Shown piece by piece: positions 30,101-42,100 of a stretch of 64,000 nt of DNA. Positions within the stretch are counted from its first letter, which is position 1; each line of letters opens with the position of its first letter. The position numbers were made by a program, and so were the translations under genes. Below the pieces are notes generated by a model, which did no database searches, had not been told where the DNA came from, and saw nothing but the letters and a program-made list of their open reading frames with translations. The stretch spans positions 808,233-872,232 of the forward strand of contig NMRA01000033.1 of the NCBI GenBank assembly GCA_002633005.1. The letters are read 5' to 3'. The DNA is from Phoronis australis (Eukaryota > Animalia > Phoronida).

Positions 30101-33100
30101 CTCGCTCATGTTCATAACCACAAAACATTATACGAAACACAGACATCTGATAAGTGTATATCAGCAAATTTTGCAGCATCGTACCTTGGCTGGGGTAACC
30201 AGCTGGTGGACTCTCCGTTGGTGGCCAAGACTGATGGTCTTGTTGTTCCATTTCCTGTTTTTTCTTGTTCTGTTGACGTTTCTTGGAGTGATTGGCAAGC
30301 AGCTGGCGAAGCTGTACCCGATCTGGACGCTGGCCGTCACCATCAGCACCAAAGTACTACAATGGAGTAAGTCACAAAATACAGCTGAATTAAACTTCTC
30401 ATGTAGTGACTGAACAAAGCAGAATTGTAAAATGGACAAGGCTAAACACAGTGTGAAAATAGTGTGGAAGTCTGGCAACCTTGTGCCGGTTGATATCTGG
30501 TGTTGAAGACTGAACACTTCCCATGAATGCACAGGTATAAGCCTGACGAATGGCAGTTTGCACTAACAACCACATTACGCCACTCTGTAGCCTTCGCAAG
30601 CCTAAAAGTATTCCATGCATAAGTCTTAAGAGAAATTAATCTTTTTTAGTACGTTGTTTTGAGAAACATGAGATTGTTTCATGCAATGTCCGATGGCTCC
30701 ATGCTAGCTTTAATCTTCTGTATGAACCCAAGAATACGAAAACCTTTGTCACAATACATCAGGGACCTCCATGCCTCGACTTTGGGACCAAATATATACA
30801 TCCTTTCCCCTAAAAGGCAGTTGAAATTCACCTGAGCGGACCCAAAAAGTTCCCTCTCAGTTTTAAGTCACACAGGCACTCAGGATCAGAAGATTTTGTC
30901 AACTGCAGCTTAAACTTGTCAGCCACATTACCGCCTTAACATGGAGAGCAAGATATGGATTTATTTAATTGCAAGTGCAGGGGTGTTTAGACATCATTGA
31001 GTAAGAAAGTCACTACTTGGGGTCATTGGTTGACTACTAGACACCTCTACTACTTAGACTCATCCAAGGTCTTCTCCAGGCAGTGCACAAAGGTAATTGG
31101 AAACCAGTGCAAAGAGATTAGTTTGGATTACATTAGGCAGCGACCAACAAGCAGGCAGGGGGTGTTGTGGAATTGGAGACAACCTAAAAGGGGGGTTGGA
31201 ATTGGTGGCAAATGGGGCGGGGTGGAATTGAAAAGAGAGCAAGCACAGGCACCTATCCCCTATGAGAACAAGGTCCTGTACACAAATGTTGGTTTGGGTT
31301 GAAACCAAGCTCCTTGTCACTAAAAACACTCCATGCAATGTTTAATGACTGAGTAATCTTCACATAAGGCTAAACAATGTCCATGCACCTTACAAGGTAA
31401 CGTGGACCTTCGTAGGTTGAGCAGTTGTATCTAAACACATTTTCAAAAAGAAAAAGTCCACCTCATAGTTTTTATAAAGCTTCCAAACAAAAGCTTAATA
31501 ATTTTTATAATTTTACGGTGCTCAGCAAAGAACAGGTTGATGCACTTCCTATGGCATATACCATGATAAAGAAGAACCGAGGGTGAAAACTGGAACTGAA
31601 AAGACTGCGTCAAACCAAAAATGTTCTGACCTTAATTGGCTACATAATTTTCAAAATGTAATAAAGCTATCCGTTGGCATGGGAAGCTGTTTTATCACTC
31701 CATGCAGACATCAGGAACTAACTAAAGTAGCTTTTACACGGGTGAGAAACAACATGACCGCCGGTCCTCTAAATCGGACTAACTCACCCAAAACAGGACC
31801 TCTGGGGATTAAATGGGACCGCCGCACCAGAAAATGGGACTGACGCACCTAAAAACATGACCGCCCCACCACAGGACCGCCAGGGAATGAACATGATTGC
31901 CGTACAAAATGTAGTTATCAAGGCCTTTGTATGATACTGCGGGTTATGACGTAACCGGTCAGCTAGCTGTGAAAAGACTCGCCAATGCAAAAATTGGTAG
32001 CACTGCATTATTGAGCTCCGTTACATCCCTGAAATTTCCCACAGCCCAGGTACAATTCTGCTCGTCACCTCATCACATGAAACTTATATCAACATGTAGA
32101 GCTAGCGAGTGGAGCAGGCGCATGCAAAACCTTGCTGGTTGCAGCCGCTTGAGTGAAAAACAATCTAATGAACACCATTTGTTTGCCAATTGTAACAAAA
32201 GTTTGTCGTGCTCGTGACATGAGCACGCGCCATTTCCTAATATTTTGCGACATATTTCGGAAGATGATGACTCAACTAAGCAGCAGCACCGATTTGTTCT
32301 GAAATTCGGTTTGCTGGTGTTAAAATACTAAAAACTTATGACGAAATGAAACCAGTTCCGATAATTTGTTGCGCCATGTACGCAACCTTGTAGAAGAGAA
32401 GAAGAGCTGACTGAAGAATCGGTGAAAAAAGGAACTGGTCAATGTTAGCCGACCTAAAAGGACGCATCTTAAGCAGAATAACGACAGAACGACAAATTTT
32501 CCCGGCGAGCGCCGATAAATAATTTAGTTTACTCTAGGAAGAGTGTCGTTAATAACACTAATTCGGTGAAGATTTTATATGTGCAGTGTTTTACCCATAT
32601 CGGCGCCAAGCTGTATATTTAGTATACTGCTTTGTCGCACAAAGGCTTGTTATGATGCTTCACCCGAGGACCAGAACGCCCGTTTTAATTTTTTTTTTCT
32701 TGACTAAAACGTCACATTGGAGAAAACGATTTTCATTTTGTTCTAAAACTTACGCAGTGGATAAAGTTATAATTATTTAGCTCAAAAGCGTGCAACGTGG
32801 TTGGTTTGTGGTTAAAACTCAAAAGCACCGCGTGTTACAAAGCGAAGTGTCCTGTAGAGCACAAAAGAATTCATTGGATTAATTGGCACAAGACCTGAAT
32901 ATGCATACGTATATAGCTCCATTTTATGATCTGTGAAGGCCTACCGATAATAAATCTTAGCTTGTTTGTCATTGCGGTTTCAATCCCGGGCGGTCATATC
33001 AGTCCCCGGTGGTCCCGTTTTCTGGTGGGGCGGTCATGTTTTTAGGTGCGTCAGTCCCATTTTCTAGTGCGACGGTCCCACTTAATCCCCGGAGGTCCTG

Positions 33101-36100
33101 TTTTGGGCGAGTCGGTCCGATTTAAGAGGACCGGCGGTCATGTTGTTTCTCACCCGTGTTTTATATAAAACTACAAGTTAATAAATCCATGCATGTATTA
33201 TTCAGAATGGAGCTCTGTTAGTCCGGAAAACCTGTCTCTCACTAAGAACCACTGCGTGCAGACATCTGGTGGCTCTGTCAGGCTAAATTGTATCATGCCC
33301 CTGTCTAGAGTTGATGAATCCAAGCTGGTTTTAAAACCCTGTTCATCACAAAGAACTACTCCACACAAATGCCAAATGGCTTTCCACTGACTTCTGGCCT
33401 TCACACTGGACTGCACCTTGGACTGTATTAATTTCCCCTTGCCCACACCCAATACAACAAATCCATTTGTGTTGGTTTGGGGTGCATGGGATAGATAGTC
33501 CTCACAAAAACAACTCCATGCAATTGTCTGACAGCATTTCATATAAGACTAAGAGTCCCTTTCAAAAGCCTCAATGATGGCGGTATTGGTAGCCAGTTGC
33601 TCACTAAAAAACCACGACTCCATGCATTGTTCGGTGGACCTGAGCAACCATTGACCTTTTCACAGCTAGAGATTTGTTGGATATCTGCAATGGATTGTAG
33701 GGCAGCGACGCTCCAAGCAGAAGGAAACCAACTAATGAAACCAGAGTATGTAACACCTTCGTTCTAAGCCAACACATGGCGAGGCGAACGTATACCCACA
33801 ATTCTCTAGCCGTAAAAAAGGTCCATGCAAGCTTACCTGATTGCCACCCTGTGAACGTTGACTCAAGATGGCAAGTCTCTTTGTGAACATATGTTGCATC
33901 ATCTAGAACAGCATACACTCTTAACTTACTAGACACCATTGAGGACGGATCCATACGCAATATCAACACTCCTAGTTGTCAAGTGTTTCTCAAAGAGAAC
34001 ACATTTTTTGATAATTGTAACAACTGATTGTTGATTATGCATAATTGTTGCTCACTTCTTGCCCAACAGAAACCTCCCATCATTTTGATGTGTTAAGGAA
34101 ACTGACTACCTGTTTGCTACTGAGAGTCATAATGTTCAACCCACAAATCCATGTAATTTTAAAACTGTCAAAGTCTACAGGCTTTCTACTACAGACAGGG
34201 CTACATTTTGTAGTTTGGTAGATATTTGGCTAAACGCAGACCTGACGTTAAGGTCCTACATAACCTTGATTAATCCCCCTTTAAGTAAATTTGCATGATT
34301 CTGCACGTGAGACCTATTGCACATAGGCCTACAAGACAAAGCCTGTAATGAGCAACACAACTCACCATGTCTCCCTCTTCCATCGGCTCAGCAGGGAATG
34401 AGGGAGGACCGGGCACAAAGCCTGCCTGTTTCCCAGGCAACTCCACTCCAGTCTGAGGGTCAGACGGTGGCTTAATGGACTCCATGCTTGTGGCAATAAA
34501 GGCCGCCGCTGCAGGAAGCTGGCGCTGCTCCCCTCCACCACTCTGGCTAGCAGGGAAGTTAGGCAATGGCATGCCTGGGGGTCTGGGGAATGACCCCTGA
34601 CTGGGGATCATTGTACCCGGGTGCACGGGCCCGAATGGACTAGAGGGGCTAACGTGACGAGGGAATGGTTCGCGAACGAAGGCTGGATCCATGTGTGGCG
34701 GCCTGGCTGGGAAGGTGAACGGCATTCTTGGAACGGGGAACCTGTCGTGTGCTGCCATCTGTTGGTGAACGCCGGGTGAAGGAAGTTGTGGAACCCCAGC
34801 AGAGGATGGAGTTGGAGGTTTGTCAGAGATAACGCCTGGAAAAGCAATGACAGTCAGTCCCTGGAGATATTACAATTTTATTGCAAAGCCAAATGTTTGT
34901 TAATATCACTTATCAAGAACAATGTAAATGACTTGTAAACAATGTATAGAACACTTGCGTTGTGAGCAAGGAATAATTTCAGCTTGACACACCTGCAATG
35001 TATATGTTGACTTCCTCTTTCTAGTACTTCCTGTAGACAAACATTTAAAAAAAACTAAAAAGAAACATCCTCTTTCTATTTTAGAGCCGAGTGACAAGCT
35101 GTGGTAACAAATCCATGTTGGAACAAAACATGCCACATAAATTGGCAATCTAACAACAAAGAAAATTAGTTCAGTAGCATCACTGTGTAGAAGATGTAGA
35201 TAACAGATAGGCATGATTCAGGACAGACTGTGATTCTCTTACAAATTTGTTGTAGGTGAACAGGCACATGCTAAGCGGTAATAAAGCCAGAGCATAATTT
35301 CCAAAGAATCAGTAAGCCCTCAAGTTTACGCCAAGTTGTGTAACTCCTCATAACCCTGTCTCTTACCATGTTCCTGTTTCAGGGGCCATGTCTGCTCTGC
35401 CCCCTTCAGTTGCTGGCCCCCTTCTCCAGTCTCTGCATCAGGCTTCCTTGTCTTCAGTTCCTTACTCAACTTCTGAGCTTTGTGAAGACGACTGTTGGCC
35501 CGATTCTCTCTCGCTTTAGCCTTTTAAGAAAAAACAAAAGGAATACTAAGGAGGTAAATGCATGACAGGAGCGGTTTTTCAAAAAGAGAATATTTTGTAC
35601 TTTTTGAAAACCTTACGAATTATGGACCATCTATTAAAAATGACTCACTCAGGTATGCGCTGACATTAACACAACAAGAGTATCACAAAAGGCCCTCATT
35701 GACCTTCGTGACAAACCACTGCAAACAACATGCGAAAAATCTTGAAAAGTCACATTACAGTTTTACTAAGTAACAATATAGGCAAGCAAAAGTCATCATA
35801 CTTGACACAGTCACAAGTTTTGAAAGAAAACTGATCAGTTAACATCCCACCAAACATCTGCTACCCAGGGCAATAATGGCAAATCACCCGCACTTAACAT
35901 ACCAGGTACGGTGCCCTTTGTTCACTAGGCACCTTACGCCATAGTTTGGCGATCTGCTTTGACCGTTCTGTCCATTCAGGGTGCTCTGTCTTCAGTTCAG
36001 GGTGATTCAGGTTTGCATATAACACAGGGGAGATGGTGGCTTTGTCACCTGTAATAAGATGGGCACAGGTGCTATTGCAATTAAAGTAAGACATAGATGG

Positions 36101-39100
36101 TAAATGAAGGCAAGAATACCCTCTTAATCTGAAAACCTATCACGAGAGCAATCATGCCAGAAAAAAACATTAACTGAACCTGCTGAACCAACAGTAAAAC
36201 AATATGTAATGGATATGGAAATAGAATAATCATAGACGTGCGTTAGGAAATAGTTACATCCCGATTCGGAGAATCAAACTTTCACTTCACATCTGTCGCA
36301 ACCTCACAAAATTGTGAGGAACCCACAAGTTGTGAGTTTGTACATTGATGCTGTACCTGCACCAATTGTCTTCAAACACTAAGTGCCTTCACGCACAAAT
36401 TGACTTCACGTCCAGAGTGCCTTCACGCACAGAGTGCCTTCACGTCCAGACTGCCTTCACGTCCAGACTGCCTTCACGCCCAGACTGCCTTCACGCCCAG
36501 ACTGCCTTCACGCCCAGACTGCCTTCACGCACAGACTGCCTTCACGCCCAGACTGCCTTCACGCCCAGACTGCCTTCACGCCCAGACTGCCTTCACACAC
36601 AGACTGCCTTCACGCGCATGTGTATCCACCATTACACTTATTATTTAAACAAGAATGCCTGGATTAATGCTTAATGAATAATATCTATTGTTAACTGCTT
36701 TGTAAAAGTTGGATTTGAGCTGCCCAACCTCAGACTGGCCTTGTCATATTGTCTGGCCAATAAATGGATATAAAAAATTAATATATATATCATATCAAAA
36801 ATCCCATGAAATGTCGCATTATCGTTTCTACAGTTCTTGTCTAAGCCTTGGATCTTTATTGCTATAACATGCTTTGGCATGAATAACCAAGTTCATGTTC
36901 ACTTTCACATGTACTCTCGTCCCACCATTCTTACCGAGTGCCTCATCCTTCTCCCACTTCAGTATATTCCTCATGTTGTACGACAGTCGGTCCCCCTCCC
37001 CTTCCTCAGGGGCAGGCTGGCTCCAGGGGTTAGCTTCACTGTAGCCAGGACTGGAAGGAATAAACAAGACAGAATGAACTAAAGATACAAGACTACAAGT
37101 TTGCACTACATACATCAGCTACACAGAATCATGAGTTCTGAATGGTTGAGGCCATTACTAAGGGTTACGTGGTAACTTTTCCGAGGGATGTCTACCATAA
37201 GCAAATATGGCCATTTTATAACATGCAAGCATCAACAAGCACAACTCTCACTCACAAAAGATTGAGTAAGACTTGATGGTGGTAGGGAGAACTGCTAAGA
37301 AATTCTTGCCACAACCTTGGAAACAATTACCTCATAATACCATAGAAACAAATTTTCACTAAGTTCTAGTTGACATACGTTAGTACTCCCTCAACTGTTT
37401 GCTTACCTGTGAATTCCAGGTGAGTGGTGGTAGGGCGGAGGCATGCCTGGCTCAAAGTGGGCCAGGGGAGGATGAGGGTCCCCTAGAGGGGTGCCTTGCT
37501 TGTGTACTTCCGATGAGGACATCTGGTTCAACTGGAACTGTGGATCTGTGGAGAAACAATCCATGTGAGCATGATGCCAGGTGTACTGAACAGTAAGATG
37601 CTACAGGCAAACAATACATTTCAATACTATGAAATGCAGGCAATTCCCAGCTTCCTTGTGTAGCTTTACCGAATAGGAACAAACTAAATGAAAAAAATTC
37701 TAACTTATAGTAAAAAATATAATCGACACATTGAAATAAATTGTCTCCTGTCATCAGACTCCAACTTCATAACAGTACACCATAGATTTCAAGTTGAAAT
37801 TATTGCAATTCGCAATACATTCAATGCATAAAAAACTGATTAACAAAGGACACAACAATAACTACATTTCGTAGAACAATACGAAAACAAGAACAGCACA
37901 GTACACAGAAACATAACACCCCCAGTAGCTGCAGTTTTCAAGAAAGTTGATGAAAAATCGAGTCCGCTACAAGAATCGGATCATGGATTAAGTGTTTTTC
38001 GCTCTGTTTCTTTCTTTTTTGTCAAGAAAATTTGACATTTTTTTTTAAAATGTGACAGAAGTAGGTAGATTAGAGTTCTGATAACGACTAAACAGAATGC
38101 CTCCTACCCGATGCCGGTTGGCTGTCAGCTGCATTCAGGACACCTTTAAACAAGTCCTCCACCGTCTTGCTGTCAATCTGTGCCAGACCCTCATGTAGCA
38201 TCTTCTCAACGTCAATGTTCTTGTCCACATCCAGGTTAGGGTTCAGCATATGTTCCAGGTTGTCACCCAATGGGTGCTTGGTCTCCGCCACGTGCCCTTC
38301 TGAGGGCTGGCTCTCCGGCTCCTTGCTCAACTCATCTCCCAGCATGCCCAGCAGGTCGTCGTGGAGACCAGAATCGTGGGCGAGGTCACCAAAAGGCAGG
38401 TCAGTTGGAAGTATGTCCTTAAGGTCGCCCTCGACTGGAACAAGCATTGAAAATTGAACGCGAGTAAATATGAGAGTTCAAGAAAAGTACAAAAAATAAC
38501 TTCATCCTCAGGCAGTGCAGTAGTTTCAAGTTTATGTATATTATAGTTTTCATTGTGTCATTGCACTGAAGATAAATAAAAGTCTAAGTCACTGGCAGGT
38601 ATATCTGTCACATTACCAGTGTCTAAGCCTATTCTTGTAAAACAAAACATATCATGGAGGAGTTTGCAAGATACCACTGACATGACGCTAACATTTCAAC
38701 GAATGAACAGCAGTTCACAATAGGCAAATAGACCAGCAAATGTGGTTTATCGACAAGGCAAGCATGTGACATGGAGCCTCTAAATTATTTTCAGTTGTGC
38801 ATAATCTGACCTTGAGTTTTATTTTAATGGCATGGACAGGAATGAACGTCAGACATTTACTTCAATAAGCCAAATTAAGAACTGTGTAGTTTTCGACTAA
38901 CTCTTAAGAGGCTTACAATTTTTTTTTTCTGCAACTTCGACCATGGACAAAATTCGACAACATTTGAACGCCAATGGTAAGTATTTACCTAGAGTATTGA
39001 TATCCTCCTCAGCTGCTCGAGTCACTGCCTGTTGTATAGACTGGTCAATAGAGGACTCCTCCACCGCCTTCTCCAATGTGCTCCCGCTGCTGGAGGGTAA

Positions 39101-42100
39101 GACAGGTGCTGCCCCCTCGTCCATCTGCTGTTCAATAGTCTGTTTCTGACTCTTGTCTTTGCTCACATCCAGGACGGCCTTACCAAAGAAAGCTTCCTGC
39201 AAGTGGCCAAATGGCATATGGTTATGCATTGAGTTTCAATTGACTAGATGAATAGGATACTAACTTAAGTCAATTGCATTTGAATTCTCAGAACATACAG
39301 GACGGTCTTACCAAAGAAAGCTTTCTACAAGTGGCCAAATGGCGTATGGTTATGCATTGAGTTTCGATTGACAAGACGAATAGGATACTAACTTAAGTCC
39401 CGCGCACACTAATGTAAACTCAGGGTAACCATATAGCTCCTTCAGTTTCACTCCTGCTTTATCAATTAACAACAGTGGACGAATGTTTCAGTTGTAGACC
39501 TAAAGCTGCCATGTTGAACAGACACTCTAGCTGGATGTTTGACCACAAGTCTAGGGCAGGGTTTGTCTGAAGACTTCTTGGTTCGAGGATTCTTTTACTT
39601 CATTCACATGAGAATGACAAAATGAGGGTCTTTTTTTAACTTCATTACTATGCCAATCCCTCAGTTCCATAGGAACCGTTCTTGAAGTAGCAATTAGAGA
39701 GTCAAACGATTATCAATTCAAGTAACACGCAGAGCTCATCGTTAGTGACATGTTCATTGCTTATTGTAGACTAAAATTTAATATAAACCTGAGTCAAACG
39801 ATTATCAATTCAAGTAACACACAGAGCTCATTTCTAGAGACATGTTCATTGCTTAATGTAGACTAAAAATATAAACCGACCATTAATTCAGTATGCGTTG
39901 CAAATAACTAGAAACTTAAGTGGAAACAACCATACAACATCATGCCGAAACAATACTTCCCAGTTCGGACCACTGTTCTTGGGTAACTCAGTCACAAGAT
40001 ATACTTCCATTTTAACAGACTTACTTGTAAATAATGGGGAAAGCTTTCCTCAAGAGCTCCCTTTCGTTTCGGACGGCGCTTCTTCTTAGGTTTGGGTTGG
40101 TCATTTGTCTGGCTGTCAGTCTTTACATCGCCCACAGGGGGCATGTCTAACGAGGACCCTAAACAAAAGACAGTGTGTTTACTTGAGATTCCTCCATAAT
40201 ATGCAACTACTTGCTATGAACTCTAGCATGATGCCATTTGTGTGTCATAGAGTAACAGTGAGTGTATTAAACCTGACAATAGAATGAACCATTGGGCAAC
40301 AAGTAGCGTCCACTAGTCTGCCACCGGGGCTACAATACTCCCCATCCAGCCACTTACATATTTCAGCCCCATGTATTTTTTAAAAGCGGTAGTCCCATTC
40401 AAGCTAACAAGTAATAAGTTTTCACCTCGTCAAAAACACATTTACAATATTGACAATATCATTTATAAATGCGCATGGTTTCTTTCTGGTTCTACGCGTA
40501 ACTTCAGACATGCAAGTCTATGGGAATTAACACAGAATTCGTGAAGAATTCCAACTCCACCACACACTATAATATTGATCAACTTAGGTGATGTCATGAG
40601 TTAGGACTGGAGAATATACATGTAACTTCCTCAAAATGGTGGTTAACAAGAGAAGCTCAAGTTAAACTTGACAGAATTACGTGAACACATTCGTATATGT
40701 ACATATGGATGCTTCGTTCAATGATAGTCGCTGTATTTTAAAATAGATTGCTTTTAATTGAGAAGTATTAATGCCTCTAGTTGGGCCACATTAGTAGTGG
40801 TTCAACTGCCTTACTCAACTCATTCCCATTTATTGACACAGTGTATAAAATGGCCATTTGATACTTTAACAAGAAAAGTGTTTTCACACAGTAGACTCAC
40901 ATTACCGTATGCTACAATCCAATAGGGTGATAGCTACTTTGCGAGAAACCATAAAAAGCTCAATATACCCAGAAATCACTAACCTTCAACACCAGGAGAC
41001 AGCACTTCACCCCCTGCCACTGGGCCAGTAGGTGGCACAGTAATATTTGGAGTCTCAGCAGATGGTGCTGTGGTGTTCGGTGCCACACCAGGTGTCTTGG
41101 GAGTGTTGGATCCACGGTTGCGGTGTCGCACTATGAAGCCTCCAATGCCGGCTGAAAAAAAATTGAATGATGACCACTAGTGGATTCGATATTACTTCAA
41201 CTGACATTGGTAAGTATAACTTGAATGACATTTTAATTTAACTGTACTTTATTGAAGTTATCAAAGTCAAACCTAATGCTGCTGCCGGGCGACGGTAGCG
41301 GTTCCTCTTGAGAGTGGGAGAGGGCAGCTCAGTGGAGAGAGGCAAGCTGGTGGACTCGGATACATCAGGTGTTTTAGTGTCTTCAGTGTCCAGAGACTCC
41401 TCTCCTGCTATAGAACAGAGGCTTAGAGTCTATGAACACAATTATTAACAAAATAAAGGCAATATAACATGACTTGAACAGGACCTGTGACTTTCAAACT
41501 TTAGTCGAGAGTAGTCTCAAGTAAATTGTGGTGGTCTCATGCCCAGATCTATGAAGTTAGTCTCATTGCTTTATGGGGAGCACGATCATTTTTTGATGTT
41601 ACGTTTAAATCGATAGAAACACAGATACCTGGTCATGAAGGAGTGCTTCTGGGTTAATAACTGTTCTCCTTAACTCCTGGTCAGTGCAATCAATGGACAA
41701 ATGGACAGTGACATAAAAGGCGGAGGAAAACGACCAATATCTTCGTTTTGCATTCACTTCCTCTGAGCAAATGCAATGCACAACACAATCACGAGCAAGA
41801 CATTGTAATTGCTCTTGGAAGTGAATGCAAAACTATGATGTCACTTTCTGTTGTCCCTTGGATAGTAAATAGATGCCAGGGAACAATAGTTAATTTGGAA
41901 AAATGTATCTCCAAGACAGCAGTAACAACTGTTACAGTAACTTTTCTTTCCCCTTTAAAAATCACAAATTTTTCGTGACTAGATAGCTGTTGGAAAGAGC
42001 ATAAAACCAACTTTAAATCCAATCCAAGTCTCCTCCCTTGGAATAAAAGGGCTGGTATTATTTTGTTTCAAATTTCACCAGCATTCTTTTTGAGCACATT

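Noticed and set aside
30575-30595. UACAGAG resembling the METTL16 SAM-sensing motif in a methyltransferase intron
   Set aside because: Does not match the full UACAGARAA consensus and is a single occurrence.
33198-33969. Two adjacent minus-strand ORFs (114 and 121 aa) as a nested gene
   Set aside because: No recognisable domain or coding composition; better explained as intronic regulatory sequence.
36345-36674. Three overlapping repetitive ORFs (…PSRPDCLHAQTAFT…)
   Set aside because: Artefact of a stop-free 17-bp minisatellite.
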